From a virus: a stretch of DNA of 48,380 bases. The stretch covers positions 1-48,380 of IMG/VR virus record IMGVR_UViG_3300039344_000030. The stretch is one strand, 5' to 3'. The translations under genes and the position numbers were made by a program. The notes under the pieces were generated by a model. That model saw nothing but the letters and a program-made list of their open reading frames with translations, was not told the DNA's origin and did not search any database. This document shows, piece by piece, positions 40,750 through 48,380 of this stretch. The first letter of the stretch is position 1. Every line of letters starts with the position of its first letter.

Positions 40750-40956
40750 ATGTCAAAGCAGTATGGCTGTCTGCCTAGTGTTATTCTAGGGATAGAGGAT
40801 AGTTATACTGCTTTTTGTTTTAATGAAGCATGTTGCGAGATTCTAGCGAGGTTGCAGAACGATGAAAAACCCTATTACATAGAACAGAGAGAACAAGCGG
40901 AAGAACCAAAACATTACAGTAATTTCAAAGATTTTTACAAAGCGTATGGAGGGTAA
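40750..40956 (+). CDS. Tail chaperone gpT-like segment, independent or made as a +1 frameshift extension of 40305..40715
   Basis: ORF in the +1 frame is open from 40708 and overlaps the end of the G gene. Only a weak SD precedes ATG 40750. Confidence 0.5.
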   Translation: MSKQYGCLPSVILGIEDSYTAFCFNEACCEILARLQNDEKPYYIEQREQAEEPKHYSNFKDFYKAYGG

Positions 40957-40958
40957 AC

Positions 40959-43900
40959 ATGGCAGTTAATATGGGAACTGCTATTGCATACCTTGAACTC
41001 GATACCTCAAAGTTTTCAAAGGGGTTTGTTTCCGCTTATAATGATTTAAAGGTATTCGGGGACAAGTCAGCAACAGCAGAACAAAAGTTGAACGGTTTGT
41101 CGAGTGCCTTTAAAACAACAGGAGGTTTGTTATCGAAGAACGTAACATTACCGATTGTTGGAGTTGGTGCGGCGGCAGTGAAAACAGCAACAGACTTTGA
41201 AGCAGGAATGTCAGAGGTCAAGGCGATTTCTGGTGCTACTGGTTCAGAGTTTGATGCGTTAAGAGACAAAGCGATTGAGATGGGTGCTAAAACAAAGTTC
41301 TCTGCAAGTGATTCAGCAGACGCATTTAAGTACATGGCTATGGCTGGTTGGGATGCGTCACAAATGATGGATGGTATTGCAGGAATCATGGACTTAGCGG
41401 CGGCATCTGGTGAGGATTTGGCAACAACATCTGATATTGTTACAGACGCATTGACAGCGTTTGGTTTACAGGCAAGTGATTCAGCGCATTTTGCAGATGT
41501 TCTTGCACAAGCAAGTTCCAAGTCAAACACAAATGTTGGTTTGATGGGGGAAACATTCAAGTATGTTGCGCCAGTGGCAGGGGCGTTAGGTTACAGCATA
41601 GAGGACACAGCGGTTGCTATTGGATTGATGGCAAACAGTGGAATCAAGGGAAGTCAAGCAGGAACAGCGTTACGTTCTACCATAACAAGGTTGGCAAAAC
41701 CTGTTGGAGAAGCGAAGGACGCAGTAGAAGAACTTGGAATCAGTATAACAAATGCAGATGGAACAATGAAACCGTTGAGCCAAACAATGGTGGAGTTGAG
41801 AGAGAAGTTTGCAGGATTGACAGAAGAACAAAAAGCGCAGTATGCGGCTATGTTGGCAGGACAAGAGGGAATGTCTGGATTGTTGGCAATCGTTAATGCT
41901 TCGGATGAAGATTTCCAGAAATTAACAGACGAGATAAACAATGCGAATGGTGCGGCAGAGGACATGGCATCTGTTATGATGGATAACACAGCAGGTGCAG
42001 TAGAACAATTAAAAGGTGCGTTAGAATCAGCAGGGATTCTGATAGGAGAAAAACTTACACCGTATATCAGAAAGTTAGCAGAGTGGATAACAGGACTTGT
42101 GGAGAAGTTCAACAGTTTGTCGGAAGAAGAACAAGACCAAATTGTTAAGTTTGGATTGATACTTGCGGCAATAGGTCCAGTGTTATTGATTCTTGCAAAA
42201 GTGATTTCAGTTGTTTCAACAGTAGTAAAAGCATTTAAGTTGTTCGGAACAACAATGACAACAGTTAAAACAAGTATTGATTTGGTAAAGGCAGGATATA
42301 CTGGACTTGCTACACAGATGGGTGGAATCCCAAAACTTGTTGCAGGAATCTCAACAGGGTTTGGTGGAATGTTAGCACCGATAGCGGCAGTGATAGCGAT
42401 TGTTGCTGTTTTGGTTGGAGCATTTGTTACGTTGTGGAAAACAAACGAAGAGTTCAGAGACAACATGGTTGGAATCTGGAACAGTATCAAGGAATCTATC
42501 AACAATTTCTTTGATGGAGTTGTGGAGAGAATCAATGCACTTGGTTTTGATTTTGAGAACATAACGGAAGTAATTAAAACAGTGTGGTTTGCTTTGTGTG
42601 ATGTTCTTGCTCCTGTGTTTGAAGGTGCTTTTAACACAATTGCAATTGTTTTAGATGGGGTATTCAACCAAATACTGTCTGTGATGGACATTTTCATTGG
42701 ATTGTTTACAGGAAATTGGGAACAGTTAGGGGAAGGCGTAAAAGGGGTTGTTTCTGGAATCGTTGAAACATTTGCAAACCTCGGAAGTAACATCCTCGGT
42801 GTGATTGGAGATATTGGAGCAGAGATACTGAACAAACTTGGATTTGAAAAGGCGGCAGAAGGATTTCAGAACTTTTTCGATACATTGTCTGATTTGTTCG
42901 GGCAGATACCAGAGTTATTATCCAGTGCAATTGACACAATTGTTTCGTTCTTTACTGAAACAATACCAAACGCATTTAACAGCGCAATTGAAGCGGTACA
43001 AGGGTTTGTTGATAACATCATAGAGTTCTTTACCGTAACAGTTCCAGAAGCATTTAGTACATTTGTAAATGAAACAATACCAAACGCAATCAATAGTATT
43101 GTGCAGTGGTTTGAACAATTACCATATATGATAGGGTATGCAATCGGAGAATTGATTGGATACTTCTATTTGTTTGCAACAAATCTGTGGACATGGATAA
43201 CAACAGAACTTCCTTTGATTATAGAAGGTATTATACAATGGTTTGCACAGTTGCCTAGCAGGATTTGGGAATGGCTGACAGGAGTGGTAACAAATGTTAT
43301 CAATTGGGGCGTTGAGATGTATAACAATGCTGTGTTGGCGGCTTCAAACTTCGTAAACGGCGCAATAGAATGGATTTCACAGTTACCTAGTAGAATATGG
43401 GCGTGGCTCACTTCTACGGTGTCCAATGTGATTTCATGGGGTGCTAACATGGTTTCACAGGCAAGGTCGGTAGCAACAAACTTTGTAAATAGTTTTATCA
43501 GTTTTATTACAAGCCTACCTAGTAAGGTTTGGGGAATCATTCAACAAATACCTAGTAAGGTTTCTGCAATTGGTTCACAATTGTACAATGCAGGACGAAA
43601 CATATTCCAGAGTTTGTGGAACGGAATCAAGAGCATCGGAGATAGCATACTTGGTTGGGTTTCTGATTTCGCAGGAAAGATTGGAAGTTTTGTTTCTGGA
43701 ATCATTGATGGATTTAAGAACATTGTTTCTGGTGCGAATGATGCAAAATCAGCCGCAAAGTCTGTGGATGGAAAACATGCAAATGGTTTAGACTATGTTC
43801 CGTACAATGGATATGTTGCAGAGTTACATGAAGGTGAAAGGGTATTGACAAAACAACAGAACAGAGAGTATAATGAAGGTGGAACAGGAAAAGGTGGAGA

Positions 43901-43991
43901 TACATTCAATTTCTATAACACGAAACCGACACCTTATGAGTATGCAAGGCAGATGAAGAAAGCGAAACGAGACTTAGAACTTGGTTATTAG
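40959..43991 (+). CDS. Tail tape measure protein
   Basis: 1010 aa. TP901-type core FKYMAMAGWDASQMMDGIAGIMDLAAASGEDL. TM-like central segments. 44-aa tandem repeats. Confidence 0.9.
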   Translation: MAVNMGTAIAYLELDTSKFSKGFVSAYNDLKVFGDKSATAEQKLNGLSSAFKTTGGLLSKNVTLPIVGVGAAAVKTATDFEAGMSEVKAISGATGSEFDALRDKAIEMGAKTKFSASDSADAFKYMAMAGWDASQMMDGIAGIMDLAAASGEDLATTSDIVTDALTAFGLQASDSAHFADVLAQASSKSNTNVGLMGETFKYVAPVAGALGYSIEDTAVAIGLMANSGIKGSQAGTALRSTITRLAKPVGEAKDAVEELGISITNADGTMKPLSQTMVELREKFAGLTEEQKAQYAAMLAGQEGMSGLLAIVNASDEDFQKLTDEINNANGAAEDMASVMMDNTAGAVEQLKGALESAGILIGEKLTPYIRKLAEWITGLVEKFNSLSEEEQDQIVKFGLILAAIGPVLLILAKVISVVSTVVKAFKLFGTTMTTVKTSIDLVKAGYTGLATQMGGIPKLVAGISTGFGGMLAPIAAVIAIVAVLVGAFVTLWKTNEEFRDNMVGIWNSIKESINNFFDGVVERINALGFDFENITEVIKTVWFALCDVLAPVFEGAFNTIAIVLDGVFNQILSVMDIFIGLFTGNWEQLGEGVKGVVSGIVETFANLGSNILGVIGDIGAEILNKLGFEKAAEGFQNFFDTLSDLFGQIPELLSSAIDTIVSFFTETIPNAFNSAIEAVQGFVDNIIEFFTVTVPEAFSTFVNETIPNAINSIVQWFEQLPYMIGYAIGELIGYFYLFATNLWTWITTELPLIIEGIIQWFAQLPSRIWEWLTGVVTNVINWGVEMYNNAVLAASNFVNGAIEWISQLPSRIWAWLTSTVSNVISWGANMVSQARSVATNFVNSFISFITSLPSKVWGIIQQIPSKVSAIGSQLYNAGRNIFQSLWNGIKSIGDSILGWVSDFAGKIGSFVSGIIDGFKNIVSGANDAKSAAKSVDGKHANGLDYVPYNGYVAELHEGERVLTKQQNREYNEGGTGKGGDTFNFYNTKPTPYEYARQMKKAKRDLELGY
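43248..43643 (+). repeat. Three tandem 132-bp (44-aa) repeats inside the tape-measure gene
   Basis: The units begin QLPSRIWEWLT / QLPSRIWAWLT / SLPSKVWGIIQ at 43248, 43380 and 43512. Confidence 0.8.
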
Positions 43992-44005
43992 AAAGGAGCA
44001 AAACA

Positions 44006-44968
44006 TTGATACAGGAATTGCAGATAATAAACAAGGTAAATGGACAACAGTTAAGTCTTGCAAGAGATGGTTCTACCCAATATGTTTTGGACGAGATAGA
44101 TTGGGATGTTCCATCCGTAAGTTTCAGCACATATAGAGTTCCATTCCAGATAGGGGTTTCCTTGTCTGGTGTGGAACTTGGAACAAGACAACCATCCATT
44201 ACAGGGTATATTGTTTCCAGTGTGGATGGGAGAGCGTTTCTTGGGAAGAGTTGGAACGAGTTTTTAGAAGCGCAGTTGCAAGACATAGAACAAAAGAAGT
44301 ATGAACTAAACAAAACAATCACACCGTTACAAGACATTCGTGTGATTGTGGGAGATTATTTCATAGAGGGCAGACCATCCAGTGCAGTGAAGTTCAGTAA
44401 CAAGGAGAATGAAAACAACGAAGTGTTGTGCATGTTTACAATTGACATCAATTGTTTTTCTCCTATGTTTCGATTGAACAAAGGAAAACAGACCGTATTG
44501 GCACAGGTTCAACCTAAGTTCCGTTTTCCATGGATTTTGAAGGAAACAGGGAACATTATGGGTGTTGTGTCTAACCAGAAGATTATCAATGTTATTAACG
44601 ATGGAGATTGTGACATTGGTGGAATCATCAAACTAGAAGCGGTTGGAGGAACAGTACAAAATCCAACCATATTTAATGTTGACACACAGGAACAATTTAT
44701 GATAAGATTAACATTACAAGAAGGAGATTACCTGTTGATAAACACAAAGATTGGGGAAGAGAATGTTATACATCACCATGTCAATTATCTGTCAACAGGA
44801 AAACCAAAGGATGAAAACGTAATTGCTGATGTGATTGAGGGAAGTACATTTTTCCAGTTCAAACAGGGGAGCAATTTGTATGGATATTCTGTTGAACAGG
44901 GCAGTGATGTTTTTGTGAACTTAACAATTGACATGGACGAATTATTCCTCAATCTGAAAGGAATGTGA
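44006..44968 (+). CDS. Distal tail protein (Dit)
   Basis: Immediately after the tape measure. TTG start after AAAGGAG. 320 aa. Confidence 0.65.
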   Translation: MIQELQIINKVNGQQLSLARDGSTQYVLDEIDWDVPSVSFSTYRVPFQIGVSLSGVELGTRQPSITGYIVSSVDGRAFLGKSWNEFLEAQLQDIEQKKYELNKTITPLQDIRVIVGDYFIEGRPSSAVKFSNKENENNEVLCMFTIDINCFSPMFRLNKGKQTVLAQVQPKFRFPWILKETGNIMGVVSNQKIINVINDGDCDIGGIIKLEAVGGTVQNPTIFNVDTQEQFMIRLTLQEGDYLLINTKIGEENVIHHHVNYLSTGKPKDENVIADVIEGSTFFQFKQGSNLYGYSVEQGSDVFVNLTIDMDELFLNLKGM

Positions 44969-44972
44969 TAAC

Positions 44973-46163
44973 ATGGGAGTAATTACAGTATTTAACAAGT
45001 ATTTTGAACGAATCGACATATTAAGAAAGTACACATTTATGCAGTACACAGACAAGTTTAATGGTGTCGGGGAGTTTAAAATAAATGCTATCTTGTGTGA
45101 TGAAAACCTATACCTGTTTGATAAAAAAGAGGTGTTTTTTGTTGCATTTGACAGAACAACAATGGGAAGAATTGACAAGGTAGTAAAGGACAGTGATAGT
45201 GAGTTTGAACAGACGCTAGAAATAACAGGAAGGATGATAAAATATAAACTGCAAACAAGTGTTGTGTACAAACAACAGATATACAGTGGAAGAACAGCAG
45301 AAGTGGTGAAACAATTGGTAGAAAACAATATGTGTGTTGGTTCGACAGGGGATAAACGGTACATCAATTTTGAGTTCTACATACAAGGCGATAGGCTTAG
45401 TGAAATGACAATGATAAACAACGGACAATGGACAGGTGGAAGTGTATACGATGCAATACAGCCATTGTTACAAGCAGACAGCATGGGGTTTGAGATTAAA
45501 CCAGTAATAACAGAGAGATATGAGATTGCCGCAAATGCACCAATCACGAACATACAAAAGTGGTATTTCAACATTCTGTTAGGAGAGGACAGAACGAGAA
45601 ACAATCAGATGGGAAACAAACCAATTGTGTTTTCTCATTCATTGAGTAACCTAACAAGGTCTACCTATGAAAAGGACATGAAAGATTATTGCAATGTTGC
45701 GTATGTTGCAGGAGAAGGAGAAGGAAATAACAGAACATGGATTGAAGTATACCAAGATGGAGTAAAGGGAACAGAGAACGAATGGGATGCAATCGGGTGG
45801 TTGAGAGACGAGTTGTTTGTTGATGCAAGAGATTTGCAGAAAACAACAGATAACAAAACATATACAGACACAGAATATAAGGAGATGCTCACACAAAGGG
45901 GGAACGAATACCTAAAGGAACATATAGTATTTGTTTCCTATGATTCAACCGTAACAAATGAGAATGAAAAGTACAAGTACCAGAGAGACTTTCACAATGG
46001 GGATTTTGTTACGATTATAGACAACGAGTTAGGCATAACAGTGGATGCACAGATAACAGAGGTAACAAAGTCTGTGGAGGGTTCAAGAGAAATCCTTGAC
46101 ATTACATTCGGTTATCGTAGTATACAGATGAATGAGAAATTGAGAAGAAAAGGAGTGATATAA
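44973..46163 (+). CDS. Tail-associated protein (Tal / Gp37-like)
   Basis: Position after Dit. N-terminal ...FERIDILRKYTFMQYTDKFNGVGEFKINA pattern. Confidence 0.6.
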   Translation: MGVITVFNKYFERIDILRKYTFMQYTDKFNGVGEFKINAILCDENLYLFDKKEVFFVAFDRTTMGRIDKVVKDSDSEFEQTLEITGRMIKYKLQTSVVYKQQIYSGRTAEVVKQLVENNMCVGSTGDKRYINFEFYIQGDRLSEMTMINNGQWTGGSVYDAIQPLLQADSMGFEIKPVITERYEIAANAPITNIQKWYFNILLGEDRTRNNQMGNKPIVFSHSLSNLTRSTYEKDMKDYCNVAYVAGEGEGNNRTWIEVYQDGVKGTENEWDAIGWLRDELFVDARDLQKTTDNKTYTDTEYKEMLTQRGNEYLKEHIVFVSYDSTVTNENEKYKYQRDFHNGDFVTIIDNELGITVDAQITEVTKSVEGSREILDITFGYRSIQMNEKLRRKGVI

Positions 46164-46165
46164 CA

Positions 46166-47275
46166 ATGGCAGAGAAAAGCGGATTTTTTAATGCAAGGGA
46201 AACAGAAGAAGGGATATACGACAGGGAGTATGATGCAGAACAGTTCGCAGAGTATTTTGCAAATTTTGTTTCTAATGGCGTGTATGTGAACCCAGCAAAC
46301 CAATTGAAAGTTGTGTTTAATAATTCACCAGACAAACCATTTGTTGTGGTTGTTCGGAAGGGAAAGGCATACATAGATGGGTACTGGTATGAACTGACCG
46401 AGGATATGGAGGTTACAATCCCTGCAAACACAAAAGCATACATTGTAAAAGATGTTATTTGTTGTACTCTGGATAAGACAGAACGAAAGGTTAGTATCAT
46501 TCTGAAAGAAGATGTAACAAGTGATATGCCTGTAAACAATAACACACAGCACGATTTAGTTCTATCGACAGTTCTGGTACAGCCAAATGCGCCAAAGTTG
46601 AACGCAGAGGACATTACAGATAAAAGACCAGACAAGACATATTGTGGTTTTGTTACAGGATTGATAGACCAGATAGACACTACGGAGTTGTTCCAACAGT
46701 ATGATGATGCTTTTCAAGAGTGGTTCAATGAAATGAAAGGTCAGTTGACAGAGGATGCGGCAGGAAATCTCCAAACACAGATAGGAAATCTGTTAGACCT
46801 TAAAACAAATAACAAAACAAGTCTTGTTGCGGCAATTAACGAAGTGATTATGAACGCAACACATCCGATTGGTTCTGTGTATTTAAGTTTTGACCCAACA
46901 GACCCGTCTGAGTTGTTCGGGGGAACATGGGAGGGAATCACAGGAACAGCAAGTGCAAATAGTGACCCTAGATTCTTGTATGTTACGAATCCAAACAGTC
47001 CTGCTCTTATTGAAGCAGGAACAGAGGGAGGTTCTGCAAAGAAGAAACTTACATTAGCAAATATGCCTAGACATAATCACTATGTATTGGATTCGCAAGG
47101 TAGACAAATGGATTTGTATAAAACAAATGCTGGTGCTGGTGCTTATTGGGATTTGGCAAGTTACAATTCAGTTCAATCTCCAAATAACATACATACGGAT
47201 TCTGTCGGAAGTGGAACAGAGTTTGATATATTACCACCATATACAGTTGTCTATGGATGGAAAAGAGTTGCATAA
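46166..47275 (+). CDS. Tail fibre / receptor-binding protein with C-terminal tail-collar-like domain
   Basis: IGSVYLSFDPTDPSELFGGTWEGI ... LTLANMPRHNHY resembles the collar-domain motif. Last gene of the structural operon. Confidence 0.6.
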   Translation: MAEKSGFFNARETEEGIYDREYDAEQFAEYFANFVSNGVYVNPANQLKVVFNNSPDKPFVVVVRKGKAYIDGYWYELTEDMEVTIPANTKAYIVKDVICCTLDKTERKVSIILKEDVTSDMPVNNNTQHDLVLSTVLVQPNAPKLNAEDITDKRPDKTYCGFVTGLIDQIDTTELFQQYDDAFQEWFNEMKGQLTEDAAGNLQTQIGNLLDLKTNNKTSLVAAINEVIMNATHPIGSVYLSFDPTDPSELFGGTWEGITGTASANSDPRFLYVTNPNSPALIEAGTEGGSAKKKLTLANMPRHNHYVLDSQGRQMDLYKTNAGAGAYWDLASYNSVQSPNNIHTDSVGSGTEFDILPPYTVVYGWKRVA

Positions 47276-47280
47276 AACGA

Positions 47281-47309
47281 TTTACAGCAGTTTGTTTCTA
47301 TGTTATAAT
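47281..47309 (+). promoter_or_regulatory. Sigma-A-type promoter
   Basis: TTTACA-17-(TGt)TATAAT. Confidence 0.55.
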
Positions 47310-47339
47310 AATTGTAACAAGAAATAAAGGAGGTATACA

Positions 47340-47519
47340 ATGCAAAGCGAGTTTGAGAATCTTCTGTTAGATACGCAGAAGGAATACAGTCGTTCTAACA
47401 GGATGAAAGACAAAATCATAATTGTGCTGATTGCGCTTATGTTCCTTGAAGCAGTGATTGGATATTGTGGTTGCATTACAAGGAACAGAAAACGATGGCA
47501 TTTATCGCAGACGAATTAG
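47340..47519 (+). CDS. Small membrane protein (59 aa)
   Basis: SD AAAGGAGG, ATG 47340. TM segment IIIVLIALMFLEAVIGY. Below the track cutoff. Confidence 0.5.
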   Translation: MQSEFENLLLDTQKEYSRSNRMKDKIIIVLIALMFLEAVIGYCGCITRNRKRWHLSQTN

Positions 47520-47587
47520 GAATGTCGGAGATAACAGTTAAAAAGAAGCACAGTAAAATGCTGATGAAGATTGGCAAAATGTTTTAA
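47450..47587 (+). CDS. Sigma-70 region-4 / RinA-ArpU-like HTH segment: a gene fragment, a -1 frameshift product or a mini-ORF (ATG 47495)
   Basis: The -1 frame is open from 47450 and reads DWILWLHYKEQKTMAFIADELGMSEITVKKKHSKMLMKIGKMF*, overlapping the end of the 47340 ORF. Confidence 0.35.
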   Translation, partial: SSDWILWLHYKEQKTMAFIADELGMSEITVKKKHSKMLMKIGKMF

Positions 47588-47593
47588 GAATTG

Positions 47594-47617
47594 GGAGCGT
47601 GAAAACGCTCCTTTTTT
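47594..47617 (+). terminator. Rho-independent terminator
   Basis: GGAGCGT-GAAA-ACGCTCC + TTTTTT. Confidence 0.85.
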
Positions 47618-47657
47618 ATTGCAATTCTTTAGAGATACTTAACGTATACTTTTCTTA

Positions 47658-47692
47658 TATTTCATAAGTTTTACCCAATATATAATAGAATC
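47658..47692 (+). promoter_or_regulatory. Promoter-like element with a consensus -10/discriminator but no good -35
   Basis: TATAAT (47681) plus AGAATCA is identical to other phage promoters. The -35 position reads TATTTC. Confidence 0.4.
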
Positions 47693-47738
47693 ATAACAAG
47701 CAAGGAAGTACCAGAAAATCAGAAGGAGGAAAACGAGA

Positions 47739-48227
47739 ATGTATGGGAATTATAATACAGGCTATGGAATGTCACCATACCAACAGCAGTTAGCACAGAA
47801 TAGGCTGAACCAGATGGAGCAACAGTACAATGGTGTTGGAACATATCAGCCAAACAATTATCAGATGCAGAACAATCAGCAGATGGGAACAATGCAGATT
47901 TTAAAAGGTAGACCAGTATCAAGTTATGATGAAGCGAAAGCGAGTATGATAGACCTAGATGGTAGTTTGTTTGTTTTCACAGATATTGCAAACAATTGTA
48001 TCTACACAAAACAGATACTATTGGATGGTTCTGCTGAATTGAAAACCTATGTATTACAGGAACAGAAACAAGGTGAAACAAAACGAGAGAATGGAAACAA
48101 AACACAGCAGTATGTGTTACGAGAAGATTTTGAAAGAATCGTTGGAGATTTAAACAGACAGATTGAAGGATTGAAGGAGGTTATGCCTTATGATGCAACA
48201 GATGGTAAACCAAATGTTAAAAAGTAA
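47739..48227 (+). CDS. Protein with a Q/N-rich (prion-like composition) N-terminus, unknown function
   Basis: SD GAAGGAGGA. N-terminal 55 aa is dominated by Q/N/Y/G/M. Then LKGRPVSSYDEAKASMIDLDGSLFVFTD.... Confidence 0.7.
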   Translation: MYGNYNTGYGMSPYQQQLAQNRLNQMEQQYNGVGTYQPNNYQMQNNQQMGTMQILKGRPVSSYDEAKASMIDLDGSLFVFTDIANNCIYTKQILLDGSAELKTYVLQEQKQGETKRENGNKTQQYVLREDFERIVGDLNRQIEGLKEVMPYDATDGKPNVKK

Positions 48228-48380
48228 CCCATTGTTTCAGAGAGCGCAACAGATGGCGCAAGGGAAATCAGAAGAAGAATTGAAACAGATTGCAAACAAC
48301 TTGTGCAAGCAGAGGGGAATCGACATCAATGAAGCATATGCACAGTTTGAGCAACAGTTTTCTGGAATGATGGGAAAACA
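48190..48380 (+). CDS. 5' part of the junction-spanning small ORF (continues at 100..124)
   Basis: ATGATG start overlaps the end of the preceding gene. Reads MMQQMVNQMLKSNPLFQRAQQMAQGKSEEELKQIANN... and runs off the window end in frame. Confidence 0.6.
   Translation, partial: MMQQMVNQMLKSNPLFQRAQQMAQGKSEEELKQIANNLCKQRGIDINEAYAQFEQQFSGMMGK
48282..48380. repeat. Terminal direct repeat, copy of 1..99
   Basis: Exact 99-nt identity with the window start. Confidence 0.95.

Noticed and set aside
41654-42835. Long minus-strand ORFs in the track, e.g. 393 aa at 41654-42835, 192 aa at 46102-46680 and 33732-34310, 174 aa at 41036-41560, and many of 60-170 aa elsewhere
   Set aside because: Each lies antisense to a + strand gene with strong motif and SD support. 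Their products are low-complexity S/F/L/C-rich strings with no SD or promoter. They are the expected mirror-image ORFs of a purine-rich coding strand. No minus-strand gene is supported anywhere in the window.
1-48380. A lysogeny module (integrase, CI/Cro-type repressor, attP), tRNA genes, CRISPR arrays, DNA methyltransferase, HNH endonuclease and stop-codon reassignment
   Set aside because: I recognised no tyrosine or serine recombinase motifs and no repressor-like HTH pair. No cloverleaf candidates appear in the short intergenic regions, and no repeat-spacer arrays. All large genes are intact under the standard code, so recoding need not be invoked. Absence is judged by eye and could miss divergent members.

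Overview
The window is a complete dsDNA tailed-phage genome of about 48.28 kb, siphovirus-type, with a long tape-measure gene. It is a circular-assembly contig: bases 1-99 are an exact copy of 48282-48380, and one small ORF reads across that junction. Every credible gene, about 85, lies on the + strand. The minus-strand ORFs in the track look like antisense artefacts. Strong AGGAGG-type ribosome-binding sites, many TTGACA-N17-TATAAT promoters, an amidase endolysin with cell-wall-binding repeats and a phi-LC3-type holin all point to a low-GC Gram-positive (Clostridia-like) host. This host assignment is inference.

Modules in order:
- 2280-3150: small early genes, each with its own promoter.
- 3152-13428: replication and recombination. 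This holds a SAP-domain protein, a DnaG-type primase, a gp32-like SSB, a compact DnaE-type polymerase, RecA, a Cas4-like nuclease and a RuvC-like resolvase.
- 13425-22877: many small genes plus an AAA+ ATPase pair, a very acidic HeH-domain protein and RNase H.
- 22881-23195: a promoter-to-terminator unit with no ORF, which I call a candidate structured ncRNA.
- 23236-28730: a TerS-like gene, MazG-like, ParB-like and GT-A glycosyltransferase-like genes, and small promoter-driven genes.
- 28860-30218: TerL.
- 30257-32257: a lysis cassette, unusually placed between TerL and the portal.
- 32346-47275: portal, head morphogenesis, scaffold, decoration, lambda-E-type capsid, connectors, tail tube, chaperone (candidate +1 frameshift), tape measure, Dit, Tal and a collar-domain fibre.
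- 47281-48380 joined to 1-2258: an accessory cassette of Q/N-rich, Cys-rich and ferritin-like proteins.

I recognised no integrase, repressor, tRNA, CRISPR array, reverse transcriptase or DNA methylase.

Most interesting observations: the orphan structured RNA locus; the low-complexity/Cys-rich cassette sitting in the usual lysis slot; the translationally coupled ParB-GT pair; a C-terminal acidic-HeH-DDW module shared by two proteins; hairpins that serve as both terminator and promoter; a 17-bp tandem duplication that truncates a gene; and a 19-nt palindromic element repeated after dnaE and terL.

All homology statements come from motif recognition by eye, not database searches.
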